Both the position numbers and the translations under genes were made by a program. A model generated the notes under the pieces. It had not been told where the DNA came from and did no database searches. It saw only the letters and a program-made list of their open reading frames with translations. A DNA stretch of 64,000 bases, taken from an uncultured PS1 clade bacterium. GTDB lineage: Bacteria; Pseudomonadota; Alphaproteobacteria; MED-G09. Each line of letters starts with the position of its first letter. Position 1 is the first letter of the stretch. Positions 20,232 to 30,855 of this stretch are shown here, one piece after another. The stretch covers positions 660-64,659 of the forward strand of contig CACANC010000004.1 in NCBI GenBank assembly GCA_902533755.1. The letters run 5' to 3'.

Positions 20232-21284
20232 CTATTTATATACTAAAAGAGTTTCTGGGTTTTCTTTATGAGTTATTTTTCCAATTAATGATGGTTCTTC
20301 TCCTAGTTCTTTAAGTTCATTTAGCAAATTTTTAGTTTCTTTCGAATTAACAACCAGGATCATTCCTATCCCACAATTAAATGTCTTTAGCATTTCAGAT
20401 TCTTCTATATTTCCAGTTTTTTGAAGCCAGTTAAAAATTTCTGGTTTTTTCCAGCTATCTATATAAATTTCCGCCTGAACTTTACTTGAACCAAAAACTC
20501 TTGGTAAATTTTCTGTAATTCCTCCTCCGGTTATATGGGCAATTGCATTAATAGAGTTAGTTTTATTAAGTAAAGAAATGATAGTTTTCACATATATTTT
20601 TGTTGGCTTTAATAATTCTTCACTAAAAGTAAACTCATTAAATTGAGTATTGGTATCTAATTGCGTTTTTGAAACATCCAGAATTTTTCTTACTAGTGAA
20701 AATCCATTTGAATGAACACCTGACGATTTTAATCCAATTATATCATCATTAACTTTTACCTCTTTTGGAAGTAAGTTTTTTCTTTCTACTGCTCCTACAG
20801 CAAAACCAGCCAAATCAAAATGATTTTTATCGTAAAAGCCTGGCATTTCTGCAGTTTCTCCGCCAATTAATGCGCATTTAGACTGAATACACCCATCTGC
20901 AATACTTTTTATAACTTCTTTGGCAGTTGTTTTTGATAGAATTCCTGTCGCAAAGTAATCTAAGAAAAAAAGAGGTTGAGCTCCCTGGACTATTAAATCG
21001 TTAACACACATGGCCACTAGATCAATTCCTACACCACTAACATTATTACTTTCTATTGCAAGAAGAAGCTTTGTTCCGACTCCATCAGTTGATGATACAA
21101 GTAGAGGATCGTTAAAACCTAGCTTCATTATATCAAATAAGCCACCAAAACCTCCTATTTCAATATCGGCACCTGGTACTTTTGTTTCTCTGATTATAGG
21201 TTTAATTTCTTCTACAAGTTGATTGCCTTTTTCAATATCAACTCCTGAAGAAGAATATGTTATTGGAGAGTTTTTTTTATTCAA
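20232..21284 (-). CDS. purM: Phosphoribosylformylglycinamidine cyclo-ligase (AIR synthetase)
   Basis: TTG start. YSSSGVDIEKGN, STDGVGTKL, GGETAEMPG. Confidence 0.93.
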   Translation of the reverse strand: MNKKNSPITYSSSGVDIEKGNQLVEEIKPIIRETKVPGADIEIGGFGGLFDIMKLGFNDPLLVSSTDGVGTKLLLAIESNNVSGVGIDLVAMCVNDLIVQGAQPLFFLDYFATGILSKTTAKEVIKSIADGCIQSKCALIGGETAEMPGFYDKNHFDLAGFAVGAVERKNLLPKEVKVNDDIIGLKSSGVHSNGFSLVRKILDVSKTQLDTNTQFNEFTFSEELLKPTKIYVKTIISLLNKTNSINAIAHITGGGITENLPRVFGSSKVQAEIYIDSWKKPEIFNWLQKTGNIEESEMLKTFNCGIGMILVVNSKETKNLLNELKELGEEPSLIGKITHKENPETLLVYK

Positions 21285-21365
21285 GACCAGCCTTTTATAA
21301 AAGAAATTTATTATTGATTAATATAATTAAACAGTTCACCATTAATATTTATTTTGAGTTATACA

Positions 21366-21923
21366 ATGAATCTTCCAAATATTATAACTATTTCAAGACT
21401 CCTATTAACGCCTTATATAGTTTGGCTAATTCTTAGTGAGAGTTACTTTTTAGGTTTCATATTTTTTTTATTGAGTGGTGTTTCTGATGCTTTGGATGGT
21501 TTCATAGCAAAGAGGTTTAATCAACAAACTTTACTGGGAAGTTATTTGGACCCAATAGCTGATAAATTTCTAATTGTTTCATCTATAGTTTTGCTTGGAT
21601 ACAATGGTTATGTTCCGATTTGGCTAATTATTATTATTGTTTCTAGGGATATTGCCATTTTTGGCGCAGTAATAATATCTTGGATGCTCGGAACTAATCT
21701 CCGAATTGAACCATTAATAATAAGCAAGATAAATACTTTTCTTCAAATATTTTATATTGTAATTACATTTTTAGTTATATTAAATAATAAGTCACTAACT
21801 GAATTAACCGCATCAATTCATGGTATTACAACCTATCTTATAGCCATTTCAACAATTTTATCTTGGATGTCATATCTAAAGGTTTGGTTGATTAATGTGA
21901 ATTCAGTAGATAAAAATTTCTAA
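21366..21923 (+). CDS. CDP-alcohol phosphatidyltransferase family protein (PgsA-like)
   Basis: MNLPNIITISRLLLTP start and the CDP-alcohol motif DALDGFIAKRFNQQTLLGSYLDPIADK. Multi-pass membrane protein. I prefer ATG 21366 over TTG 21354. Confidence 0.8.
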   Translation: MNLPNIITISRLLLTPYIVWLILSESYFLGFIFFLLSGVSDALDGFIAKRFNQQTLLGSYLDPIADKFLIVSSIVLLGYNGYVPIWLIIIIVSRDIAIFGAVIISWMLGTNLRIEPLIISKINTFLQIFYIVITFLVILNNKSLTELTASIHGITTYLIAISTILSWMSYLKVWLINVNSVDKNF

Positions 21924-21933
21924 TGGTTTTCAA

Positions 21934-22605
21934 ATGAATAATTCTAAACAGCTCTATTTTGAAATGCCTAATAAGAAAGCTTTAGGCATAGAGGATTATA
22001 TAATTACAGACTCAAATAATTTTGCATTTGATTTAATTGTTAAAATGGTAAAAGGGGAAATTAATTTTGGATTAATAAGTGGCCCACCTTATTCTGGCAA
22101 AACACATTTATCTAAAATTTTAATAAAAAATGCTAGAAATTATAAAACTCTATACTTTGATAGAGATTATCAAAATATATTAGATAGATTTGAGGATTCA
22201 GATTTTTTTATATTAGAAAATATCGATAAAGTTAAACATGATAAATTTGAACAAGAGCTTTTTCACATAATTAACCTTGCAAAAGAAAATAATAAGAAAT
22301 TATTAATGACTTCAAGGAAACGAATTTCTGAAATTGATTTAAATCTTGAAGATTTAAAATCAAGATTAAATTCTATTCTTGAGGCCAAAATAAAAGAACC
22401 AGATGATCAATTAATGAAATTGCTACTAATAAAAATATTTAATGATAAACAATTGAAAATAAACCCAAATATTATTGATTTTTTAGTATCTAGGCTAGAG
22501 AGGTCATATGAGAGTATAAATTTGTTTATTGAGAAAATTGATAAGTTTTCCTTAGAGAAAGGTAAAAAAATAACTGTTCCTCTTATAAATGATTTATTGA
22601 AGTGA
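21934..22605 (+). CDS. hdaA: DnaA-related regulatory inactivator Hda (HdaA)
   Basis: 223 aa. Walker A GPPYSGKTHLSKI, Walker B-like FFILENID, and DnaA domain III-like length. Confidence 0.75.
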   Translation: MNNSKQLYFEMPNKKALGIEDYIITDSNNFAFDLIVKMVKGEINFGLISGPPYSGKTHLSKILIKNARNYKTLYFDRDYQNILDRFEDSDFFILENIDKVKHDKFEQELFHIINLAKENNKKLLMTSRKRISEIDLNLEDLKSRLNSILEAKIKEPDDQLMKLLLIKIFNDKQLKINPNIIDFLVSRLERSYESINLFIEKIDKFSLEKGKKITVPLINDLLK

Positions 22606-22607
22606 CT

Positions 22608-23801
22608 TTATTTATTAGCCTCTAGAACCACTTTATCATTTTTCATTTTTATAGATATTTTGCCATTTTTAAAATCAATAGCTTTTTTTCCAAATATTTT
22701 GTATCTCCATCCTTTTAGTGTCTTGATATCAGCTTGATCATCAAGTACTAGCTCCTGAAGATCGTTTTTATTTGCTATTAGTTTCTGCGCAACACCATAT
22801 TCTTCGGATATATTATCAAGTAGAATCTTTAAAATAGAAACCTTGGATGATATTCCCGTCGGAAGTCTTTTTAAGGGTTTAATTTTTGGAAGTTTTTCTT
22901 TTTTTATCGATTTTCCTTTATCGATGATTTGAATAATTTCTTCGGTAAATTCTTTTCTTAAAGACCCCTTTCTATTAAAAGATCTCAAGTTATTGAGGTC
23001 ATCTCCATTTTTTGGTTGGGCTGAGCATAATTCATATATTGCGTCATCTCTTATTATATTACCTCTTGGAACATCTTTTTCTTGTGCCTTGACCTCTCTC
23101 CATTTGGCTAACTCAATAAGAATTCCAATTGAATTTTTATTTAAATTTCTATATTTCAATCTTTTCCATGAATCATTAGGATTTAAGTCATAAGTTTTTT
23201 TTGAAATTAAAATCTTAATTTCTTCTTTAAACCAACTCTCTCTTTTATTATCAATTATTTTATCCTTGATTAAAGGATATATCTCGAACAGATGGGTCAC
23301 ATCTGATATTGCATAATTAATTTGTTTTTTACTTAATGGACGATTAGACCAATTGGTTAGTCTTGATGTTTTATCAATTTTCTCTCCTAAAAGCTGAGAA
23401 ACTAAATTCTCATATCCTATTGAGTCTCCAAAACCACAAACCATAGCAGCAATTTGAGTATCATATATATTTTTAGGAATTTTTTTTGTTAGATTATAGA
23501 AAATTTCAATATCCTGTCTTCCAGAATGAAAAATTTTAACTATTTCATTGTTACCGAGAATTTTAAAAAAAGGTTTTAGATCAAGTTCCTTTGCTAATGG
23601 GTCAATAATAATCTTATCCTCACCATTAAAAACTTGGATAAGACACAATTTTGGCCAATATGTTTTCTCTCTTATGAATTCAGTATCTATAGCAAGAAAT
23701 TTTGATTTATTTAATTTAGAACATAATTCAGCTAAGTGATTTGTGTCTTTTACATAATGCATTAATGACTTATACAGAATAATGCTTTTCTTGTCCTTCA
23801 T
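22608..23801 (-). CDS. rnd: Ribonuclease D
   Basis: DEDDy exonuclease motifs (LAIDTEF, HSGRQDIE, YAISDV) plus an HRDC-like C-terminal half. Confidence 0.88.
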   Translation of the reverse strand: MKDKKSIILYKSLMHYVKDTNHLAELCSKLNKSKFLAIDTEFIREKTYWPKLCLIQVFNGEDKIIIDPLAKELDLKPFFKILGNNEIVKIFHSGRQDIEIFYNLTKKIPKNIYDTQIAAMVCGFGDSIGYENLVSQLLGEKIDKTSRLTNWSNRPLSKKQINYAISDVTHLFEIYPLIKDKIIDNKRESWFKEEIKILISKKTYDLNPNDSWKRLKYRNLNKNSIGILIELAKWREVKAQEKDVPRGNIIRDDAIYELCSAQPKNGDDLNNLRSFNRKGSLRKEFTEEIIQIIDKGKSIKKEKLPKIKPLKRLPTGISSKVSILKILLDNISEEYGVAQKLIANKNDLQELVLDDQADIKTLKGWRYKIFGKKAIDFKNGKISIKMKNDKVVLEANK

Positions 23802-23842
23802 AAAAATGTATTAAAGATATTCGTAAAAGATAAAAAAGATAA

Positions 23843-25615
23843 ATGCACCAATATAGAACACATAATTGTAATGGCTTGCGAGCTGAAGATATTAATCAAG
23901 AAGTTAGATTATCAGGCTGGGTTCACAGAAAAAGAGATCATGGTGGCCTTTTGTTTATTGATTTGAGAGATCATTTTGGTTTAACACAGTTAGTTTTTGA
24001 TCCAGATAGCAGTGCTTTCCAAGAAGCAGAAAAAGTAAGAAATGAGTCTGTAATAACAATTAATGGAAAAGTTATACAAAGATCAGATGACACGATTAAT
24101 AAAGTATTACCAACTGGAAAAATTGAGGTTTATGTCGACACACTTGAAGTAATTGGGAGTTCAGATGATATTCCATTACCAGTTTTTGGTGAGCCTGATT
24201 ATCCAGAAGAAGTAAGACTAAAATATAGGTTTTTAGATTTAAGAAGAGAAACTCTTCATAAGAATATAATATTAAGATCTGAAATTATTAATTTTATTAG
24301 AAGTAAGATGATTGAAAATGATTTTCTTGAGATTCAAACACCAATAATGACTGCATCTAGCCCTGAAGGAGCGAGAGATTATTTGGTTCCTTCAAGGGTA
24401 CATCAAGGTAAATTTTATGCTCTTCCTCAAGCTCCACAACAGTTTAAACAGCTCCTTATGACTTCAGGTTTTGATAAGTATTTTCAGATTGCTCCATGTT
24501 TTAGAGATGAGGATGCTAGAGCTGACAGGTCTCCTGGAGAATTCTATCAATTAGATATTGAAATGAGCTTTGTTAATCAAGAGGATATTTTTGAATCAGT
24601 CGAACCTTTGCTAAGAGACGTATTTGAAAAATTTTCTGAAAATATGGCTGTTAACAAAAAATTTCCAAGGATTTCTTATGCAGAATCAATTCAAAAATAT
24701 GGAACAGATAAACCAGATCTACGAGTAGAAATTGAACTTGATGATATTACCGAAGCATTTGTTGATTCTGGTTTTAAAATTTTTGCTGACCAAATTTCTA
24801 AAAATGAGAAAATAAAAGTATGGGCTATTCCTTCTAAAACAGGAGGATCAAGAGCTTTTTGTGATAAAATGAATAAATGGGCAATTGAAGAAGGCCAACC
24901 AGGCCTAGGATATATATTTTTTAAAGATGGAAAAGGATCAGGCCCAATTGCAAAAAACATTGGAGATGAAAAGACTGAGTTAATTAAAAATAAGTTCTCA
25001 CTCGATGATGGTGATTCCATTTTCTTTGTATGTGGTATTCCTAATAATTTCTTAGATTTTATTTCCAGAGCAAGGGTAAAAATTGGAAATGAGTTAGAGT
25101 TGATAAAGAAAGATTCTTTCGAATTTTGTTGGATTGTTGATTTTCCAATGTTTGAGTATAATGAAGAATTACATAAGATAGATTTCTCCCATAATCCGTT
25201 CTCTATGCCACAAGGAGGATTAGAGTCCTTAGAAAATATGGATCCATTAGAAATTAAAGCTTTTCAATATGATATCGTTTGTAATGGTGTTGAATTGTCA
25301 TCTGGAGCAATAAGAAACCATAGACAAGATATTCTTTTAAAGGCTTTTGAAATCGCTGGATATAATATCGATGAAATTAAGAAACGGTTTGGAGCAATGT
25401 ACGATGCTTTTGGCTATGGTGCACCCCCTCATGGTGGCATTGCTCCTGGTATTGACAGAATTGTAATGCTAATTGCTGGTGTAGAAAATATACGAGAAGT
25501 TATTGCTTTCCCTATGAATCAACAAGCGCAAGATCTTATGATGAATGCACCATCCGAAATATCATCAGATCAGCTAAAAGAAATCGGTATTAAGATTATC
25601 GAGAAGAAAGAATAG
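23843..25615 (+). CDS. aspS: Aspartyl-tRNA synthetase
   Basis: 590 aa. Class II motifs [14 protein letters not shown] and [14 protein letters not shown]-fold N-terminus [19 protein letters not shown]. Confidence 0.96.
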   Translation: MHQYRTHNCNGLRAEDINQEVRLSGWVHRKRDHGGLLFIDLRDHFGLTQLVFDPDSSAFQEAEKVRNESVITINGKVIQRSDDTINKVLPTGKIEVYVDTLEVIGSSDDIPLPVFGEPDYPEEVRLKYRFLDLRRETLHKNIILRSEIINFIRSKMIENDFLEIQTPIMTASSPEGARDYLVPSRVHQGKFYALPQAPQQFKQLLMTSGFDKYFQIAPCFRDEDARADRSPGEFYQLDIEMSFVNQEDIFESVEPLLRDVFEKFSENMAVNKKFPRISYAESIQKYGTDKPDLRVEIELDDITEAFVDSGFKIFADQISKNEKIKVWAIPSKTGGSRAFCDKMNKWAIEEGQPGLGYIFFKDGKGSGPIAKNIGDEKTELIKNKFSLDDGDSIFFVCGIPNNFLDFISRARVKIGNELELIKKDSFEFCWIVDFPMFEYNEELHKIDFSHNPFSMPQGGLESLENMDPLEIKAFQYDIVCNGVELSSGAIRNHRQDILLKAFEIAGYNIDEIKKRFGAMYDAFGYGAPPHGGIAPGIDRIVMLIAGVENIREVIAFPMNQQAQDLMMNAPSEISSDQLKEIGIKIIEKKE

Positions 25616-25616
25616 A

Positions 25617-26000
25617 ATGAGTCTTAAATCATTATTTTTAGAAACCTTTACCTGGTGGAATAACCAAACTTTAAGTACAAAATTATTAACTCTATTTAGA
25701 GGAAAATTTGTTGGTAAAGATGTAAATGGAAATATTTTCTATATTAATAAAAAAAATAAGAATCAGAGATGGGTTATATATAATGGCTTGATGGATGCTT
25801 CAAGAATTGCAGCTGATTGGCATGATTGGTTGCATTATAGAACTGATGAAATACCAAATGAAAGTGACAAAAAGCCAAATTGGTATAAGATACATAAGGA
25901 AAATGCAACTGGTACAATCGAAGCTTATAACCCTGATGAGTCAAAGAAAAAAGAACCAGAGATGTTGAAAAAAACTTATAAACCTTGGAGTCCTGAGTAG
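25617..26000 (+). CDS. NDUFA12-family protein (complex I 17.2 kDa accessory-subunit homologue)
   Basis: 127 aa. WWNNQTL...GKDVNGNIFY...RWVIYNGLMDASRIAADWHDWLHYRTDEIP matches the NDUFA12/B17.2 family pattern. Confidence 0.8.
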   Translation: MSLKSLFLETFTWWNNQTLSTKLLTLFRGKFVGKDVNGNIFYINKKNKNQRWVIYNGLMDASRIAADWHDWLHYRTDEIPNESDKKPNWYKIHKENATGTIEAYNPDESKKKEPEMLKKTYKPWSPE

Positions 26001-26005
26001 ATATA

Positions 26006-26452
26006 ATGCGGTCAAATATATTTGAAACATTTATTGGAGCAATTGTTATTATATTGGCTGTATCATTTCTTTTTTACAGTTTTTCAATCACAGATAATAA
26101 TACTGAAGGAACTTATAATATAAATGCTACCTTCAACAGAATAGATGGAATACAAATTGGTTCGGATGTTAGGCTTTCTGGAATTAAGATAGGAAGTGTG
26201 TCTAAAAGTTCTTTAAATCAGACAACATACGAAGCTCAGTTAGTTATGATTATTAATAACTCAGTAAAAATTCCTGATGATAGCTCAGCAAAAATTACTA
26301 TGGATGGATTACTTGGGAGTAATTATATTTCAATTGAACCTGGAGGAAGTGAAATTTATTTAAGCGAAAATGATTATCTTCTTTACACTCAAGGATCTGT
26401 TGATTTAATAGGACTTGTTGGCGAGGCTTTATTTTCAGTAGAAGAAAATTAA
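26006..26452 (+). CDS. mlaD: MlaD (MCE-domain) outer membrane lipid asymmetry protein
   Basis: 148 aa. N-terminal TM helix then an MCE domain (GIQIGSDVRLSGIKIGSV...DGLLGSNYISIEPG). Confidence 0.85.
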   Translation: MRSNIFETFIGAIVIILAVSFLFYSFSITDNNTEGTYNINATFNRIDGIQIGSDVRLSGIKIGSVSKSSLNQTTYEAQLVMIINNSVKIPDDSSAKITMDGLLGSNYISIEPGGSEIYLSENDYLLYTQGSVDLIGLVGEALFSVEEN

Positions 26453-27789
26453 TTATTTTTTTTATAATTTTCTAACCAGTTAATATCATAGCTGCCATCC
26501 TCAAAATCTTTCTGGTTTATTATTTGTTGGAAAAAAGGAATAGTCGTTTTTATACCATCTATTACAAATTCATCTAGAGCTCTTTTTAATCTTTGTATAC
26601 AGGAAACCCTATCTTTGTCATAAACAATAAGCTTGGCTATTAGACTATCATAATAAGGTGAAATCTCTAATCCTGAATAACAATTTGAATCTACCCTTAC
26701 ACCAGGACCACTTGGAGCATGATAATTTGTTATTACCCCAGGTGAGGGTATAAAGCTATCTGGGTCTTCAGCGTTTATTCTACACTCTATTGAATGACCA
26801 TTGCTTTTGAGAGTATCTTGATCAGTTGAGAGCTTATATTTAGCAGCAATTTTTATTTGTTCTTTCACTAAATCAAAATGATAAATTTCTTCCGAAACAG
26901 GGTGCTCAACTTGAAGTCTAGTATTCATTTCCATAAAATAAAAATTACCATTTTCATAAAGGTATTCTACTGTTCCAGCATTACAATATCCCATTGTTTT
27001 TAATGAATTAATTGTTAAATTGCAAATTTCATCTCTTTTCTTATCATCTATAATAACTGATGGAGTTTCTTCAATTAATTTTTGATTTCTTCTTTGCATT
27101 GAACAATCTCTCTCTCCTAAATGTACTATATTATTATACTCATCACCGATTACCTGTATTTCTATATGTTTAGGGTTTTGTAGATATTTCTCAATATAAA
27201 CTCTCTTATCATTAAAAGATTTTTTAGCTTCAGTAGAAGCTTTTTTTAAAGACTCATCTAAATCTTCTTCTTTAAAAACTTTTATCATTCCTCGACCACC
27301 ACCACCTGATGAAGCTTTTATAATTATTGGGTAGCCAAGTTTACTTGCTACCTCAAGACCTTCTTTTGTGTTGCTTATTTCTCCGGGAGAACCAGGAATA
27401 ATTGGAAGACCAAGATTATTTGCTGACTCTTTTGCTAAGATTTTATCGCCCATCATTTTAATGTGTTCAGATTTTGGGCCTATAAATTTAATACCATGTG
27501 CTTCTAGTTTTTCAACAAAGCCAAAATTTTCGGATAAAAAACCATACCCTGGATGTACTGCATCTGCACCAGAAACTTCACAAGCAGAGATTATCGCAGG
27601 AATATTTAAATAAGATTTTAGCGATGGAGCAGGTCCAATACAAACGCTTTCGTCCGCTAATTTAACATGCATTGCATTTTTATCTGCAGACGAATATACA
27701 GCTACTGTCTGTATCCCAAGTTCTTTGCATGCCCTTAAGACCCTAACAGCAATTTCACCTCTATTAGCTATAAGAACTTTATTGAACAT
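26449..27789 (-). CDS. accC: Acetyl-CoA carboxylase biotin carboxylase subunit
   Basis: MFNKVLIANRGEIAVRV, GGGGRGM, EMNTRLQVEHPVSE. Confidence 0.96.
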   Translation of the reverse strand: MFNKVLIANRGEIAVRVLRACKELGIQTVAVYSSADKNAMHVKLADESVCIGPAPSLKSYLNIPAIISACEVSGADAVHPGYGFLSENFGFVEKLEAHGIKFIGPKSEHIKMMGDKILAKESANNLGLPIIPGSPGEISNTKEGLEVASKLGYPIIIKASSGGGGRGMIKVFKEEDLDESLKKASTEAKKSFNDKRVYIEKYLQNPKHIEIQVIGDEYNNIVHLGERDCSMQRRNQKLIEETPSVIIDDKKRDEICNLTINSLKTMGYCNAGTVEYLYENGNFYFMEMNTRLQVEHPVSEEIYHFDLVKEQIKIAAKYKLSTDQDTLKSNGHSIECRINAEDPDSFIPSPGVITNYHAPSGPGVRVDSNCYSGLEISPYYDSLIAKLIVYDKDRVSCIQRLKRALDEFVIDGIKTTIPFFQQIINQKDFEDGSYDINWLENYKKNN

Positions 27790-28248
27790 TTATTCTATAA
27801 TAATTAATGGGTCGTCAAACTGAACTGGCTGTTCATTTTTAACAAGAATTTCTTTTATTGTTCCATTTTTATCGGCAACAATATCATTCATCGTTTTCAT
27901 GGCTTCAACAATCAATAATGTTTGTCCTTTTTTAACTTTATCACCAGTCTTTATAAAAGGATCAGAACCAGGTTCAGGCTGAAGATAAATAGTACCTACC
28001 ATTGGAGATTTGATAATATTTTCTTCATCTTCATTAATAAGATTCTCATTCTTAGCATCATTATCAGTTTTTTCTTGATTACTAGAAACATTCGTAATTT
28101 GTTGTTTATAATTATCTCTTGCAACTTTAACTTTACCAATTTTGTCATTCTCAATTTGGATTTCAGATAAATTTAATTCTTCAAGCATATTAGTTAATTC
28201 CTTAATAGCCTGTTTAATTTCTTCATCAATTATTTGATTTTTTGTCAA
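27790..28248 (-). CDS. accB: Biotin carboxyl carrier protein
   Basis: C-terminal biotinyl domain with VEAMKTMN. Confidence 0.93.
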   Translation of the reverse strand: MTKNQIIDEEIKQAIKELTNMLEELNLSEIQIENDKIGKVKVARDNYKQQITNVSSNQEKTDNDAKNENLINEDEENIIKSPMVGTIYLQPEPGSDPFIKTGDKVKKGQTLLIVEAMKTMNDIVADKNGTIKEILVKNEQPVQFDDPLIIIE

Positions 28249-28260
28249 AATAAATCTCCA

Positions 28261-28704
28261 TTATCTTAGCTCGTCCAAAAGAAATTTAAGCGCATATAAA
28301 TAACCTTCAATTCCTAAACCGCTTATAACACCAATTGCAGCTTTAGAAACATATGAATTGTGTCTAAAATCTTCTCTTCTAAAAATATTTGATATGTGTA
28401 CTTCTATTATAGGAATTTTAACTGTTAGAAGAGCATCTAATAAAGCAACAGATGTATGTGAGTATCCCGCTGGATTAATAATAATTGCATTTGCTTTTTT
28501 TGAGGCTTCATGAACAAATTCAATTAATTCCCCTTCGTGATTTGTTTGTTTAAAATAAATTTCAGAATTATTTTCTTTACCATAACTAATTAGAGATTTC
28601 TCTATATCCTTTAATGATACATTCCCATAAATATCTGGCTCTCTATCTCCAAGTAAGTTTAAGTTAGGACCATTCAAAACATATATTTTACTAGCTTTAG
28701 ACAT
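28261..28704 (-). CDS. aroQ: Type II 3-dehydroquinate dehydratase
   Basis: VLNGPNLNLLG, INPAGYSHTS, EVHISNI. aroQ-accB-accC order is widely conserved. Confidence 0.95.
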   Translation of the reverse strand: MSKASKIYVLNGPNLNLLGDREPDIYGNVSLKDIEKSLISYGKENNSEIYFKQTNHEGELIEFVHEASKKANAIIINPAGYSHTSVALLDALLTVKIPIIEVHISNIFRREDFRHNSYVSKAAIGVISGLGIEGYLYALKFLLDELR

Positions 28705-28780
28705 TGTTATTTTTACGAATCATAACGATATCTAACCTTTTGTTAGATATTGCGTCAACTCTTTGAGATAATCAGATATT

Positions 28781-29512
28781 TTAGTTTGAAGATAATAATC
28801 TTAATATTGAAGCTTTATCTATTGCTCCAGGTATAACATTTTTGTTTATAATGAATGTAGGTGTGCCATTTATATCAAGTTTATCAGCCAATATATAATT
28901 TTCTTCAATAAAGCCAACATCTAACTTATTCATTTTTTCAATTAATAAATTGGGTTCAATATTTATTTCACTGGCAAATGTTTTAATATTATCAATTGTA
29001 ATTTTTCCGCGATGATTAATTAATTTTTGATGCATTTCAAAATATTTTCCTTCATTAAACGCTTCATATGCAGCCTTGGATGCTAATAACGAGCTTTGCC
29101 CTAAAACAGGTAATTCAATGAAAACAATTTTTATGTTTTTATCTTCAGAGACTAATTCCATCAAATCAGAGAAAACTCTTTTACAATAACCACAATTATA
29201 ATCAAAAAATTCATAAATTATTTTAGTTCCATTTGGATTTCCAATATAAAATTTTTGATTTTCAAGAAATAATTTACTCTGATCAATTATGTTTTTTTGA
29301 ATTTCATTTCTTTTGTCTATTAAAATTTCTTCAGCAATATCTATAAGGCTTTCTATCTCTTCGGGATGATTTTCTAAGTAATTAGTAATTTCTTCTTCAT
29401 TTGTTTCTGAATTTATTAAATAATTAAATGAATAACCAAAAATAAAAAAAACAACTAAGAGAAAAATAAATTTAATTGAAGGGTTTTTTATACTGGGCAT
29501 CTTTTTTTCCAC
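28781..29512 (-). CDS. DsbA-family thiol:disulfide oxidoreductase
   Basis: N-terminal membrane anchor or signal sequence, thioredoxin fold with CGYC active site, and GTPTFII near the C-terminus. The start could be ATG 29500. Confidence 0.8.
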   Translation of the reverse strand: MEKKMPSIKNPSIKFIFLLVVFFIFGYSFNYLINSETNEEEITNYLENHPEEIESLIDIAEEILIDKRNEIQKNIIDQSKLFLENQKFYIGNPNGTKIIYEFFDYNCGYCKRVFSDLMELVSEDKNIKIVFIELPVLGQSSLLASKAAYEAFNEGKYFEMHQKLINHRGKITIDNIKTFASEINIEPNLLIEKMNKLDVGFIEENYILADKLDINGTPTFIINKNVIPGAIDKASILRLLSSN

Positions 29513-30846
29513 TTTTGTTTATTTTCAGAATCTAAAATTATATCTTCAGCCCTCATTAATAATGGGCCATTATCTTTCAAATTATTTTTAGATCTTTTTG
29601 CATGAAATGAAGCTAAGTTTACATCTCCAAGTACAAAGTATCTTTCTGCAGAATATAAATCTGCTTTTCCAATATTGCCAAGTCTTGCTTCAGCAATTGC
29701 TAGCTGGAACCAAGCATAAGAATTTTTTTGATCTTTTTTAATTACATTATTAAGCAAGTTTTGCGCCTTAATATCATATTCTTTATCATTTAGCGCAAGG
29801 TAGGCTGATGCTAGGGCAATATTGAGCAATGGATGTCCAGTAGAAAATTTAACAGCTTTTTCATAAGGTTCAATTGACGGCTTTATTTTTCCAGATTCAT
29901 ATAGAATTTGCCCTTTTAATTCATAGTACCAAGGATTAGTAGGGTACTTATCAATTAATATATTTATTTTATCTATGGCTTTGTCTGTTAATGCCTTTCT
30001 ATATAGAGCAACAGAAGATGCGTAAATTGCATAATCAGAGTCATTCTTTTCATATTTTCTTATAATATCATCAGGTCTTTTTAAAAACCCCTCGAGTTTT
30101 GCACGTATCATATTATATCTATAAGTTAATTCTAATGAGTCTCTTTGATTGTAGAATTTTGATTTTATTGCTTGATTCTCTAAAGCCATAATTCTTTGAC
30201 GAGAAATAGGGTGGCTACGGACTCTAGAGCTTTGATTTCTTGCACTTAATGCCTCTTGATCAGCGAAATTATAAAGAACATCAATCATACCTTTTGAAGA
30301 AAGGCCAAGTTTTTCAAGATATTGGAATGCTGCTTGATCAGCCGCAGCTTCCTGACCACGAGAATATTTAGCTACCATACCTTGTGCAATTTGCTGACTT
30401 CCAAGTAAAATACCCTGCACAGCATCACTGTCACCTCCAGCAACTGCAGCGCCAATGCCAAGGAGTAAGCCTATAATCATAGGTGCTTGCGCTTTTTTTA
30501 AGGCAATGTCGGATCTTGCAAGATGAGCACCTGCTATATGACCTGTTTCATGAGCTAAAACTCCCCTAAGCATTGAAGGGTCATCAAATTCCATAATAAG
30601 TCCTGTATTAACAAAAATTTTCTGACCACATGTTACAAATGCATTTACGCTATTGTCATTAAATAAATATAAATCAACTGAGGAGGAATTTAAATTTGCT
30701 ACATTGACAATTGGCGTTGTCATTTCTGATAGAAACAACTCTGTTTCTGCATCTCTAGCAATACCTCTTCCACTAAGATCGGGTGTTAATAAAATGATTA
30801 AATAAAGGTGTATTAATAATGAAAATATTTTATTTTTTTTGATCAT
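29488..30846 (-). CDS. M48-family zinc metalloprotease with TPR C-terminal domain (BepA-like)
   Basis: Signal peptide, HETGHIAGAH (HExxH), and a TPR-like helical-repeat C-terminal half. Confidence 0.8.
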   Translation of the reverse strand: MIKKNKIFSLLIHLYLIILLTPDLSGRGIARDAETELFLSEMTTPIVNVANLNSSSVDLYLFNDNSVNAFVTCGQKIFVNTGLIMEFDDPSMLRGVLAHETGHIAGAHLARSDIALKKAQAPMIIGLLLGIGAAVAGGDSDAVQGILLGSQQIAQGMVAKYSRGQEAAADQAAFQYLEKLGLSSKGMIDVLYNFADQEALSARNQSSRVRSHPISRQRIMALENQAIKSKFYNQRDSLELTYRYNMIRAKLEGFLKRPDDIIRKYEKNDSDYAIYASSVALYRKALTDKAIDKINILIDKYPTNPWYYELKGQILYESGKIKPSIEPYEKAVKFSTGHPLLNIALASAYLALNDKEYDIKAQNLLNNVIKKDQKNSYAWFQLAIAEARLGNIGKADLYSAERYFVLGDVNLASFHAKRSKNNLKDNGPLLMRAEDIILDSENKQKWKKRCPV

Positions 30847-30855
30847 TTTAAGTTT

